NCBI RefSeq assembly: GCF_018977255.1 | Contig: NW_024704743.1 | Coordinates: 14,634,001 to 14,698,000 of the forward strand | Source: Callorhinchus milii | Lineage: Eukaryota | DNA length: 64,000 nt | Direction: 5' to 3' | Shown: positions 36,421 to 50,056 of the stretch, piece after piece | Layout: each line of letters begins with the position of its first letter | How positions within the stretch are numbered: the first letter of the stretch is position 1 | Notes under the pieces: model-generated | The model's database searches: none | The model's input: only the letters and a program-made list of their open reading frames with translations | Told to the model about the DNA's origin: nothing | Position numbers and translations under genes: made by a program

Positions 36421-39400
36421 CCACTTTAACATACAGAAAGAGATGAAAGATTTTCCCTTCTTCTCCTATAGCAAACTTGATTTTAACCAATTTTGGAAAT
36501 GCCTCACCTCCTTAAGAAAGTTTCTAACATTAGTTATAAAATATTCATGAACAAAAGTTTTTGTTATAAACTGTATTAGCAATATTTCTTAGCACAAAAA
36601 ATAAGACATTTCTTATAGAAAAAGAATTTTGTAGTGCCTTATATTGAAATGTCTCAAAGTATATCACATGTAGCTGCTGTCGAGTATAATAACTTTGTTT
36701 TATGTGCAAACTATTTCTTAAAAGGACAAAGNAAAAAATTAAGCATAAAGCATTGTAAATGATGAATAGAAAATGACAATATGTATGGCATAAACTTCAA
36801 ACACAAACCTGAAAAATACTTCATTTCTTACCTAACGAGGGATTCATATTTTCATTTCTTTATTATTTCATTCTAATTTAGCCTCGGTCTTGGACAGTGG
36901 CTTCACTAAAATGTCTATTGACATAACCATCCACTATAAACCTCAGAAATATATAGTCTTTTATCATTACAGTACGTTATAGTTTTCAAAGTCATAAAAT
37001 TGTCATAAAATCTTTAAAATGCTATACTGATTTTGAAACTGAAGCAGTAACCTGCTGTGTTTTAAAATGCACATATCACTAGCTAGGATCAATACAGGTT
37101 CATAAATTAAATACAAACTATTAATGGTAGGTTCAGGGAACTTCTTTTCTCACTGGGCCAACTGTTTTTAATTGCATTTTCTATCACATCCTGAAACTGA
37201 AAATTAACATTACAGTAACAAAGTTATTTAAACATGAGAAACGGCGTAATTGTTATATTGAACTTAAATTTCAATATAAGCACTAAAGATCCTGTTTTAG
37301 CATTTAAAAACTAAACTCTCTTTACTCTGCCATTCTCTCCCCACTCCAATTCTTTGTTTTCCAATAAGCTTTCTGTTCTATTTTGTAACTAATTTTACTC
37401 CAATTCTAATTAACAATCACTTCTAATTATTGTTTTTAAGTTCAAAGTAATTTGCTTTCCTTTGTTTTTCTGTTTCCTGCTGATTTTGGAGTGTGAATCA
37501 ACTTCTTAAAAAATGGCATTTGATCCCATAAAAAGTTTAGTGACCTGGGTCACATCATACAAGTATTTGACACTGAAATTGGGATGGGGTTACAATGGGT
37601 AGGTACCACCATCAGTGAGCCTTCGAACATGATTAGACAAGCAAATGTTGTCATGTTCTCACCGTACTTTGATATATAACATTGTACATACTTGCTAAGT
37701 ACCAAGAACATTTAGTTCTAAGAATGCTTCAAATAAACCATTACAAAATATAACAAGTGGAGTATCATCATTACAATGACCAAAAGGCTTTGAAGCAAAA
37801 ATATGAATCTGGTTAACATCGGTTGCTGCGGGGAGGAGGGAGAGGGAAAAACAATACTATAATAATAATCCTGATATTTGATATAGTGCCTTATCACATC
37901 TTCGAAATATCTCAAAGCACCTCACTGGATATAATATAAAGTGATGTGGCTGTGTGTATCTTGTCGGCTTCCTAGGTGTGGAGGAAAGAAGTCTGTGTTT
38001 GGATAGCGAAGATATAGAATTTGGATGAATATTCTGAACTCTTGTCAAATTTGGGCAGATTTTGCTCCAGCAGAGAATGGTGGGTTTTGTGTATTCTTTG
38101 GTGGGTAAGGGCTTAACTGGCCAATTGATCACTTACTCATTGGATACTTTCTTATATTATCAAGAGGCAGCAAGGCAACTTTCAGATTTCTGTTTATGTT
38201 ATTCTGAGTGGAGCCACATGGAAGTGCACTGAAGAGTGGACCTCAAGTTGATTCATCCTTCAACGATGTTCCCACCTGTTAGTCAGTTACTGTCAGTCCC
38301 AAGCTCAGTGCTGTATAGCTGACATAGCAACACATGAGCACTCCGAGCCACCATGGCTTATTTTTATATTTAATTCAAACCTCTCCCACAAAGTACTGTC
38401 CCTTAACTGCTCACATTGCCTCCTCCGCTGTTTTTCTGGGGAAACCCATCCACACATTATCCATCCTTATCAACTTCATGATATAAATAAAGCATTCAAA
38501 CAGTTCAACCAATTAATTCACTATAGCTTTTCTGCTTTCCAAAACATGGAAAATGTGACACATCCATGCAACGAATTGTGAAGGCATCAAACTCCAACAC
38601 ATTTAAATTGCTTAAGAAAAAAATAGCTATAAACAACCACACAGGCTATTATACTGCAATGCTACATTGGAAATGTAACATTCTTAGCTCTGAATTTATT
38701 GAAGCATAAAAAGAAATCTTGCATTTTTTAAAAAAATTACCAAATAGAGCTGCAAAAAAAAATGGCATGCAGTATAATAATCAGTAAAATTAGTGAAAAT
38801 TATGAATGGAAAATGCAGCAGCATGCACTAAAACAACCATACAGGTATATAGCATCTTTTCTTTCTGAAATAAACCCTTCTTCACACCACTAGCAAGTTT
38901 TAGAGTGTACCTTTACCAAATTAATTATGTTTGAGCGAGGCAGAAGGAAATTGCATCCACTTCTAATTCCAAGCCGATCTAGTAATTGACAAACTATTAA
39001 TGGAAGGCATCAATATTTCTAGCAAGCATTACTTTCTTCAAGAAAGAGAGGCTCTCACACCCTTAATTAGTTTTGTACTTGTGAATCAAATATACAGATT
39101 TAGGTCCACATCTTCCAACCACTTGTACAGATATGCACTGACAACATCTGCTTCGAGGAATTTAAAGTATAATAATTTAATGACTTGCATTTTCAAACTA
39201 CTTCATGAAATCACAGTGATGGATTCTGTAGATTAATGCAGCAACCATTAATCTGAAGATCTCAGGTCAGAACTGAAGTCTTGTGAGTCAATATGACCTA
39301 GGAAGGATTCTCTGAAGGAAGGTTTGCTTTATATTCGGGTGGTTACCCTGCTCAAAGAACCAACTTCAAAATTATCTGTAGCCCACAAAGGAATATACCC

Positions 39401-39754
39401 TAATCATGCATGGGTTGATCACGCAACCCATTCATTAGGGTATTCATTAGCAATAAATGCACCAAACAAATGTACAAACACTATACAGTATATTCTGCAT
39501 AGCACTGTGAGATGTCCTCCCAATGTGAAAGGCGCTATATCAAATGCAGGATTATTATGAATTAGTTGTGGCCAGGAAGTATTAAAATGATAGTTGACAA
39601 AATCACTTCAAGTTCAATTTGGAAAATAACCAGGATATTCTTTTAATTGTTACTATTATATTGTTATATATTCCTTTTCGAGGCGAGAAGTAGGGAATAA
39701 TGGAGTTTCTAGGAGTGTGTGGTTATGGTGCCCTTTTCCTTTTAGAAGATTTAA

Positions 39755-39920
39755 AGTCACTCAATCCATGACTGTATATGGGACACTGCTGTGCGCAATT
39801 GGCTGCCGCATTTCAGCCACAAAATATACAGTCAATTCACTTTACAGTATGAAGCCTTTGAGACGTCTCGAATACGTGATAAGGAGTTATATCAAATAAA
39901 AGGCTTATTATTATTATTAT
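39755..39920 (+). mobile_element. Young SINE 3' part
   Basis: Matches 32045-32211; (TTA)n tail. Confidence 0.85.
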
Positions 39921-40964
39921 TCAGCGATAAACGCAAGCAACAACTTCAAAATTACAATTGGATAGTGCCTTTCACGTTGGGAGCATGTCCCAGAATGCAT
40001 ATAGGGGTAAAAAAAAATGATTTATGATGTTTCAATTACCACTGGTGAAAAATAAATGGAAAATGTTGTCCAAATGCTGTACTATATTTATTGCATACTA
40101 TGGTGATGGTACCTCTCTCTTTCCTCCTCACCCTTCAACCATTGGCACAACTCACAAGATATGGCATAAATTTTAATATGCTCAAGAGACAAAGTTAAGG
40201 ATAGATAATTTACTGATAGAAACTGACCTGGAAATGCTGAGGCATAGCAAGGCTCATAAGTCGTATTTGGTTTTAAAAAAAATGACAGTATAGATGAATA
40301 GACTTGATCCTGTGGTTACAAAGGTAGAATAAATATGCTAAGTTAGCAGTCCTTTCGCCTGCTATCTCAAAAAAAAAGTTTGGTAAAATGTGGCAGGACA
40401 TCATAGAGTGTGAGGATCTGACCAACATAACTAAAAATACTCCATGGAACATATATAACGCCAGTGAGACTACGTAAAAGAGATCAAACACAGTCTCCAG
40501 TATTCAATATGCGAGCACCTGAATATCAGTTTACTCCGTATTTGCGGACCAGTTGCAAAATTGTTCTCCTTTGCAAAGAGCTGGTGAAGCTGATTGGAAA
40601 GGGAAACTTAGCTTCAGCTCTGGTTTGTATCTTATCCTGTGTTCCATTTTTCTCTTAGTGAATCAGCATTAATTCAAGTAAATCAGTGTAAATTAAGATT
40701 AAACTGAAGAATCTCAAAGCAAATAGCACTGAAACTCGGATGCCGAGATCACCATTTTTGGCAGCACATGTGAGAATTAATTTAAGCTCCACTCAGAAGT
40801 AGTTCCTTTAAAAGTATTGCACAGCACAATGGATAGTCCAAAAACTTCCAAGGGACCATTTTTGAATGTTATTAAAGAACCGGTCATCCATTTGGCCCTT
40901 TAATATATTTTTTAAAAGCACGAGATATTGGCATTCTGAGCACACTCTTAGATGTATACTTATA

Positions 40965-41262
40965 ATTCCTTCGGATGAGACGTTAAATGGAGGTTCCGTC
41001 TGCCTGTTTAGGTGGGCGTTAAATATCCTTTGGCAGTATTCGAAACAAGAAGGGAGTTTCTTCCAGTGTCCTGGCCAACAATCCCCCAATAGAATTGGTT
41101 ACTCACCCCGTGGCTATGCGTGGGACATTGATGTGTGCAAACTGGCTGCTGTGCTCACCTACAAAATACACAGTTAGTCAACTTTACATTGCTCCTGTGA
41201 AGCGCTTTGAGATGACTCGACAACATGATAAGATTCTATGTCAAATGCAAGGATTATTATCA
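40965..41262 (+). mobile_element. Deu-domain SINE fragment
   Basis: CCTTCGGATGAGACGTTAAA...GTCTGCCTGTTTAGGTGG core through tail. Confidence 0.8.
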
Positions 41263-41599
41263 TAAGCTTAGAAAACTCCTTTGCCTATTCAACGTCATTA
41301 ATAGCATTAGAAATATAAAACAGGTTTCCAATTCTAAATCACTCTGCTGCTGGGAAGCAATATCGCTTTACTTTCAGCAGTATTAACAGGGCATTACTTT
41401 ACATATTGGGCCTTTAGGCATCTTCAACTAGGAGAATGCATTACTTTCAGCTTTTTTGATGCCTGAGTAGCCTACTCCCAGAAATCAATAGTTTCTACAG
41501 GAAAACAATGATTCCTTGGTTAGAGCAAGAATGATAAAATGCAGTTCAGAATAGCGTTATTGTGTAGTCCTTGGTGTTCAGTCCTTGGTGTTCAAACCC

Positions 41600-42744
41600 A
41601 TCTCAAACCTGCCCTTCCTGACCAAAGTGCTGGAACGCGTTGTTGCAAACCAACTTCATTCACGTCTCTCCCTCCATTCCCGGCAGATGTTCTTTCCTCC
41701 TGCCCCTGCCCGGTCACTTGCACGGTATGCTAAGGCTGTATCCTAGGCCCCCTTCTTTTCCTTATTTCCTCATCTATGTGCTCCTCTCGGCGATGTCATC
41801 CACAGACACGGGGTCAACTTCCATATGTATGCAGATGACACCCAAATCTACTTCTCCTCCAGCTGCGACACCAGTCTACTGATGTCTCGTCAGCTTGTTT
41901 GACGGACATCAAGGCCTTGATGCGCACAAGTTTTCTGCATGTTGGCAAGATGTAAGCCATACTCCTTGGCTCCCGTCAACATCTTCTCTCCTGCGGGTCT
42001 GAACTCCTCAACCTCCCTGGGCTCTCCCTCAGACGCTCCAAACCCGTGCACAACTTAGGTGTCAGATTTGATCCCCAGTTTTCCTTTCTATCCCACATCC
42101 ATTCCTTGACCAGGACCGCTTTTTTCCACTTCTGTGAAATTGCTCGCCTCCGTCCATACCTCACAACCAAAGCAGCCGAAACCCTCGTCCACGCCTTTGT
42201 CACTTCCCGGCTGGACTATTCCAATGCCCTCCTCGCTGGCCTCCCCAATTCCATCATACACAAATACAACTAATTCAGAACTCGCCCAGATTCTACCCGA
42301 AAAAAACTCCGTACCCCCATCACAGCAGTCCAGGCTCCACTGACTATTACCAACGATTTCAAGATCCTCTCACTCATTTTCAAATCCCTTCATGACCTCG
42401 TACTTCCCTACCTATCCAAGTTGCTAACCCATCCCACACCACCAACCACTGTCTCATATGGCACCAGCCTCCTATTTGTCCCTCGTCCTCTCTGCTCCAC
42501 CATCAGTGGCCATACCTTCAGCCACTATGCCTCGAAATTCTGGAACTCTCTCCCTCAATCCCTCCGGTTTGCCCCCTCCCTCCCCCCTTTCAAATCCCGC
42601 CTATTGATCTTCCTTTTTGATGGTGTTTACGGTCATCTACCCCCTCCCTCTCCCCCTGGCTCGGGGTCAGACTCCGCCATTGTCAAGCGATCTGGGACTC
42701 TACCCTATGTGAAGGGCGCTATATAAATGCAAGTTGTTGTTGTT
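41600..42744 (+). mobile_element. L2 LINE 3' portion (RT end plus C-terminus), degraded
   Basis: CATATGTATGCAGATGAC (YADD); [12 protein letters not shown]...[24 protein letters not shown]; (TTG)n tail. Confidence 0.93.
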
Positions 42745-43169
42745 CAGCAATATGAGCAAACAAGATAAATGCATGGGAAGCACATTTTGACCCATCAAAT
42801 CCATCTGACCCCTCAAATTCTTCCAAAGTAATCTCTCCAATCCCTTCATCATGACTCAAATCCCATCATTACATTTCAAATCTTCTGTCAAGATGCTTCA
42901 TATACAGTCGTTGTCAAGCGATGTCAACTCCCATCGTCCTGATGACAGTATTTGAAGTGTAACAAGGGGATTTAAAATCCTGATGGAGCAACACAATATG
43001 CGAGCAGCCAGATAGCATCTGCCCAATGACATACATCATCTGTCATATGATTGGTGACAGGAACCATACGCTCTTGAGCGTGCCCCGTCATGAGCAGGAC
43101 TTGCACTTTACAGATCTCAACAACCATCTTATAATGGGGTTATCTTTTATTAGTGTCTCCAATAAAGTC

Positions 43170-44045
43170 ACCTACCCTAATCCCAATTCCATGTTCTTTC
43201 TGTATACTTCCCACTCGATCCCCATATACTCTTCCTCTATATTCCCCTCTTAAATGCTGAATTGACTCGGCCCCCCAAAACACTCAATTCATTCCACACT
43301 CTGAAAACCCTCCAGGAGAATTCTTTTTCTTAATTTCTCCTTTCATACTCTCAATTCATGCCCTCCAGTAATCGATTCACTTACCAGCAGAAATAGTTTT
43401 TCACCATTTATCCTCCCAAACTCTTCCATTTTTCTTAAACATTTCTTTCATATCACTCCTCAACCAACTCTGCTCCAGCAGAAAGAATTTAACCTTCTTC
43501 AGCCTCTCCTCATATCTATATCCCTACATCTTCAAGTTCACCCTCATGAATCTATCCTGTACCTTCTACATAGTTCCAATATCCTTTCTATGGTGTGGTC
43601 CCCAAAACTGCACACAATATTCCACTGAGGCCTAACCAACATCTTATTAGATTCACTGTGCTCCTACACAAAGCACAGTCACCATAGTAAATCCTGTGAA
43701 GTTCTTTGAGATATCAAGGGCTCTAAATCTTAGAATTATGTTTCCTTTTTTAATGGCCTTTTCTGTATGTGCAGCTAGATCTCTCTGTTCTAAATGAGAA
43801 TTTATTGCTTCTGATATATTTCCATTCTCGATTCTTCTTACCAAAATTTACTACTTCACACTTTACTACTTTACATTTTTCAGAAATGAATTCCATTTTT
43901 ACACAATACGCCCTCTCCTCTAACCTGTCAATATCTGCCTGTAGCTTCCTGTAACTCTTCATATGTGTTAACAACACCTCCATGTTCAGCATCATCCACA
44001 GATTTGCATATCATTCCCTCTACTCCTACATCCAAATCATTAATA
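43170..44045 (-). mobile_element. CR1 LINE 3' portion, old
   Basis: KLQADIDRLEE...MEFISEKCKV...FGKKN; CVQFW-encoding block at 43590-43630. Confidence 0.8.
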
Positions 44046-44400
44046 TGAATAATGACCCCAATGAATGATGGCATTGGGTCTATTCTCAGAATTTATTATC
44101 TCTTAAATCTTATTCCCGGAAGCCTACGTTTCTTCTGTGACCAAAGCCAGTGGACAAGATGTTTTCATTTGAATGACATGTTGATCGCCAATCCCTCATT
44201 ATTTCTCCCTCCTTATGAGAAGCAACTGTTCTCCACATAAAACATTTCTACAGCACCATGATGTAGCAGAGGAAGATGAAACTGCATCTACTATTCTGCA
44301 ACTCGGAATGGTTGAGTTACAATAGTTGAGTTACCCACTCCTTGTTATAAAGGAGGAAATCGTGTTCCACCAATAAACATAATTTGTTGCCAATGTGTCT

Positions 44401-44430
44401 GATAGATCCAACATCAATGTTGGATCTATC
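44401..44430. repeat. 14-bp perfect inverted repeat with 2-nt spacer
   Basis: GATAGATCCAACAT-CA-ATGTTGGATCTATC. Confidence 0.92.
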
Positions 44431-44499
44431 TTAAGCTTATTCAAACCTAAGGTGCACTGGGATAACAGTTAGGAAGTGCTAGCAAGTTTATCCTCAATT

Positions 44500-45442
44500 C
44501 CCTGAACTCCAGGACTACTGGCGTCCTGACCGACTGCCTGTCCGACATCAAGTCCTGGACGAGTGACAACTTTCTCCAACTCAACGTCAGTAAGACCGAG
44601 GCCTTCCTGATTGGCTCGTGCCAGTGCCTCCGCACCTCAGGCGCTGGCAGCATCAGCCTCCACGGCTGCACACTCAACCTCACTAAGCCAGTCAGGAACC
44701 TGGGTGTCTTGTTTGACCCTGAACTGTCCTTTCCCCCCCACATCCCCGCCATGACTGGCACTGCTTACCACCACCTCCGCAACATTACCAGACTCCGCCA
44801 CTGCCTCACCCTCAGGCTGCCGAAACCCTCACCCACGCATTCGTCGCATCAAGGCTCGATTACGGGAACTCCTTCCTCATCGCCTTCCCAACTCTTCCCT
44901 TCACAAGCTGCAGATCATCCAAAACTCTGCAGCTCGTGTACTCTCACACACCAGACTTCATGACCCCATCACTCCCACCCTCGAACGACTCCACTGCTCC
45001 CCATCCCCCAGAGGATCGAGTTCAAAATCCTCGTTCTCACCTTTAAGGCCATCCATGGCCTTGCCCCCTCCTACCTCTCTGACCTTCTGACTCCCTATCA
45101 ACCTGTCCGCTCCCTCCGTTCATCGGGCTCCGGCCTGCTCTATGTCTCCCGCCCGACCCGCCCTACCATCGGTGGCCGGGCTTTCAGCCTCTCTGCCCCC
45201 ACACTCTGGAACTCCATCCCACGGTCCCTTTGCATCGCTTCCTCCCTTGCCTCCTTCAAGGCCGGTCTCAAGACCCTTCTCTTCGACCGTGCCTTTAGTC
45301 TCCCTCCCACCTCTCCGCCTTCTCTCACTCCTACACCACCCCTCCCCCATGCTCGGGCCCCAACACCTGACTGTTCAGCACTTTGGGACGTCCTTCAGAC
45401 GTGAAAGGCACTCTATAAATGTAATTTTGTTGTTGTTGGTGG
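44500..45442 (+). mobile_element. L2 LINE 3' fragment
   Basis: DCLSDIKSW...NFLQLNVSKTEA; NLGVLFDPELSF; L2 tail with (TTG)n. Confidence 0.93.
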
Positions 45443-46867
45443 TGATTCTCATGTTGTACAATTTAAAGAAAAGTTAATCAGAGGAAAAAAGAGAAAGGTT
45501 TTTTTTTAACATAGGTGTTTGAATTGAAATTCTTTAATACAAATGTTTATTGAAGTGAAGTCCATAACAGTTCAAAAGAAATCAGACAGATGTTTAAGGA
45601 AAAATAGCCTTAATCGGTATCAGGTAATAGCAGTGGTGTGAGATTAATGCAGATAACTCCAGCATAAGGCACAATGGAGTGAATGCCTTGTGCTGAGCTG
45701 TAAACCTTCTTCGAATAAATCTTGTAATACCCACCCAACAAAATTAGTTATATGCTGGACTTATGTACTCTTTGTGTGTATTGCAGATAAAATACAGGAT
45801 TCACAAATTGGAAGGCAAGGATTTAAAATCAACTGTGGGTTTGCGATTATGCCTATTGTTTTGCTCTCAGCCTGTTTCTTTTGTTTGAGAAAAAGGCCAA
45901 CACGTCTGTCAAAAGATTGGAAAGCAAAACAGCTAGTTCCAGGGTTCAAGAGAACTGTTCTTGGGTTTTTCTTCCCCCCACACCCCCCCACTCCTTAAGC
46001 AAATTGCACAAATGCAAAGAATATTATTTCAATTGCAAATCAGAAGTCACTATTATAGAGTGACCATCAGTTTCTGCATTAACATATTTTCAACAAACGT
46101 ATGTACTACACTGTAATATGTGTTCATTGTGAAGACATTATTTGTAATACTTTGTTGGATGAGGCACATGTCTTACTGCAATACAAAGTGTAAATATACA
46201 TAGTTTACAACAGACGCACATACAGTTACCCTAATTATAGCAGAAGGAAAAATCAATTTAAAGAGTTCAGATAGCAAATGAGTCGACCATATCTGTGGTT
46301 TGAATCAATGCAGTAATATGTACTCTTCAAATATCTGAAAAATGTACATCTTTTGAAACATTATTTGAATTTTAGCATCTAAGTTTGTGCTTTACATTAT
46401 AAAAGTGCAGAAACAATTAAATAAACTGCACTACACCAAAGGTGACAAATCCACATACACTCACTGAGACTAATGTAAATGCCTCTGCATAACCCTCTGG
46501 AGGCGGGTTAACTGCTTGATGTTAAAGCCAAAAACCAAAGGCAGCAGCCAAACAGAAAATATTGTTTATTTTCAAGTGCTTCAAGTCACTAAGTTTGGAA
46601 TGTGGTCAGATACCTGCTGCTGGCAGCTTCCTACAGTGCCAAATCTGACTACAGACACCTCTGGTCAGATCCAGCCTCATTTAAATTAGATTTTGATTCA
46701 ATTATTTTACAGGAAAGGAGATAATTGAATCCAGAACCTAAATTGGCGCCAGTTTATCCATTAGAGCAAACTATTCTAATTCCATTTCCTTGCCTGTTTA
46801 CCATACCCTTTGACATTCTTCTTCTTCAACTGTTCACCTAATTGCTTATTTAAATATTATGCTCTCA

Positions 46868-47450
46868 GATCATAGAATCATAGAATTATACAGCACAGGA
46901 GGAGGCCATTCGGCCCATCATGACTGTACTAGATCTTTGAAAAGAGCTATCTAAATCAATCCCACTCCCCTGCTCTCTCCCCATAGCCCTGCAAATCTGT
47001 CCACCCCAAATAATTATCTACTTCTCTCTTAAGAGCCGTTATCGAATCAGCTTCCACCACTCTGGAATGCATTCCAGATCTGAACAACTCGCTGTATGAA
47101 AAAAATTCTCTTCACCTCCCCTGTTTCTTTTAACAATTATTTTAAATCTGTGCCCTCAGGTTACCAACCCACCCAACAGTGGAAATAGTTTCTCTTTGTT
47201 CACCCTATCGACTTTCCTCATAATTTTGAAAACTTCTATTAAATCTCCACTGAACCTTTCTCTGCTCCAAGAAGGTTAATCCCAGCTTCTCTGGCCTCTC
47301 CTCATAACTGAAATCCTTCATTCCTGGTACCATCCTGGTCAATCTCCTTTGCACCCTCTCAAATGACTTGACATCCTTCCTAAAGTGTGGTGCCCAGAAC
47401 TGAACACAGTACTCTAGTTGAGGCCTAAGCAGTGTTTTATAAAGGTTCAT
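46868..47450 (-). mobile_element. CR1 LINE 3' end
   Basis: LYKTLLRPQLEYCVQFWAPHFRKDVKSFERVQRRLTRMVPGMKDFSYEER; (TTCTATGA)n terminal octamer repeat at 46868-46887. Confidence 0.93.
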
Positions 47451-49639
47451 CGTAACTATAAAGGTTCATCATAATTAAAACTGTTCACCATAACCATAAG
47501 ATGTTCACACTCAATAATGATGGAGAGCAAATCCCACAAACTACCACATCTCACTCTGACTCTTCAAAATAATTCAACTTAAGGATAACATTGAAGGCTA
47601 GCGGTGTTATTCTGGGGCTGCTTCGGTAGCAAGAGATACACATCTAGCTACGCAAGGAAGATATGCATACTGACACTTGACAGAATCAAAACAAGGGTTC
47701 ATATGGGGGCATACAAAATAACCATTAATAAAACAGAATATACAATACAGAATAACCTTAAGGTGGAGGGATCCTAATAAATCCCTCTATCTTAACAAAA
47801 CCTCGTATTATGGACCATCCAAAAGATTTTACCTTAAGGATTTTACCTAAAAAGTACCAAAGAAAGGATTTGCACTTGCAAAGACTCTCATACATTAGAT
47901 TGTTTCAAAGTGCTTCAGAGTAATTATCCTGAAATAGGGGAAACCCATCTTTGAATTTTAGTTTCAAGATGAAATGCCTCCCCTGGGTTATTCTGAAGCT
48001 CTGTGGAATAGGCTGAGGTAGTTCAGCTATCAACAGATTTCACTAAAATATTAGATAAAAGACATATCTTGGCTTTGAACATTTGCAGCATTTTGTTGTG
48101 GATTTTTTTGTCTAGGGCAAGGACTTAAATCCACTCTAAGATCTAATGAGGTGTGAAAACCTGATTATATGGGACATGTTAATCACTCCTGAAGCATCAA
48201 AAAATGTCAAGTACCAACTGAATAATCAAACATGCTGGATCAAAAATGTGGGTTGGGGGAGGGGGGATAAAGGGAAAATAACCCTAGGATCAGTGGTGTC
48301 ATTGGGTATGCAATAAATAATAAAGGACACAGAGAAATGTTTCCTGTGTAAACATGGTATCACTGAAAACAAATCTTAACACACTTACAGAGCAAAACAA
48401 AGGCGACAGGATTGTCTCAAATTCTTTCTTTTTATTAAAGAATTGGTCATAACTATAGTGAACATACCCCAGTTCGATGTTAGGCCAACATTAGAAGCGC
48501 ACGTACTGTACTTACAATAATTTTTAAAAAAATAATTATAGTGCAATACAGTGGTTTTCAGAACAAGACTCACCAATGTGCTGTCCCGAATAGCCCCATT
48601 TCAATTTGCAGCCTTCCACTTCATCCAGGGAGTTTCCCTGAATCAAGAGCAATATTGAGCTCAACCTCATTACATTATTAACCAGCACTGGTGAGGCATT
48701 CAGTTGGAACGGCAAGATAATATGCATAATTATTCTGAAAGGTGTCCCATTCCTGACAAGCAAAGGCTCCTATTTTGGTCCAATCCTTCCTCTATCTACA
48801 AGAATCAAAGCTGATGAACAATTAACAAATATATAAGAATTTATTGGACCCATTTCAATGCCTTAACCTACCCTCCAGAAAACATTTTCCAAGTCAACAG
48901 GGAAGCCAAAGCCTAAGCTTCTCCAGAACAACCAAATTCTGAATTCTCCTGAGATATTTTACTTATCAATAATCAAACATGAAAAATAAAAGCAAACAAA
49001 AGAGTAGCAGCTTGCAACACACGCCCGTTCCTCTTGGGTACTCGTCACAAAAATCAGGCAAGCATGAGAGAATGTGGATTGAGAGAGCATAGTGGAGATA
49101 AAACCAAACCAAAGTTAGAATATGAATCAAGTCCTCGGTTCCAACCTGGACCAGCCTGTCAACCAGCTGCTCTGTGGTCAATGAACTTGAGCCAAAACAT
49201 GCCTCAAAAATCTGCAAACCATCATGTTCGCATGTTCTTCTGCATTTTAATAAAAATAAAATCAGAGCACAGTTGAGGGAACAAACTTCATGCAACATGT
49301 CGAATATACAAAAATTGCCACTTCATTTCATCTAAGTTGACTGTCAGAAAGAATAGAGGTTAATAGAGATTTGTTTTAAATCAGGAGAATATTTCAGAAA
49401 CTAAAGAATAGGCATGTAATGCCTTCCGAGAAACTTTCCTGAAAATAATCTAAATATAACCAAGCAAAAACAAATGTCTGCTGCAGAGTTAGACTCTGTC
49501 CAGCATGAAGGGCGCTTTATAAATGTAAGTTGTTGTTGAAGATTCTCACGTTTACTACTGAATAGCTTTAAAACGTGATTCCGTTATTAATGAAGGGAAA
49601 ACTGCTGCATGTGATGTGATAACTATTCTAGACTCCACA

Positions 49640-50050
49640 AGTCTAACACGCCCATCTCTATCGGCTTCGCTAGCTCCCCATTCCCCAGCAAGTTCAGTTC
49701 AAGATCCTTTCTCCTTTCAATCCCCCCACAGTCTCATCCCACCCTAAACTCTTCAATCCCACCAACCCGGCTGTCCCCTTCACTTGGCAAAAAACAGCCT
49801 GCTTTATGTCCCAGTCTTATCTACCCCAGCGTCAGTGGGCAAGCTTTCAGTCATTCTGCTCTCCTCTCTGGAATTCTATCCTGGAGTCCCTCCAACTCTT
49901 TTTCTCCCTCTCCCCTTTCAAGGCACTTCTCAAAACTTACCTCTTTGACCACACTATTGTTAATCTTTCGCCTCCTCGGCTCCCATCCCTAGTCCACGTG
50001 CCCATTCAACACTGTGAAGTGCTTTGACACATCCTCCCATCATGAAAATG
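49640..50050 (+). mobile_element. L2 LINE 3' fragment, old
   Basis: PLWNSILESL...SLSPFKALLKTYLFDH; tail abuts the Helitron 5' end. Confidence 0.8.
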
Positions 50051-50056
50051 AGATAA

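Noticed and set aside
36732..36732. Ambiguous base N
   Set aside because: Assembly uncertainty, not a biological feature
48966..49298. 110-aa minus-strand ORF / possible exon near 49145-49239
   Set aside because: Weak donor and no recognisable protein similarity
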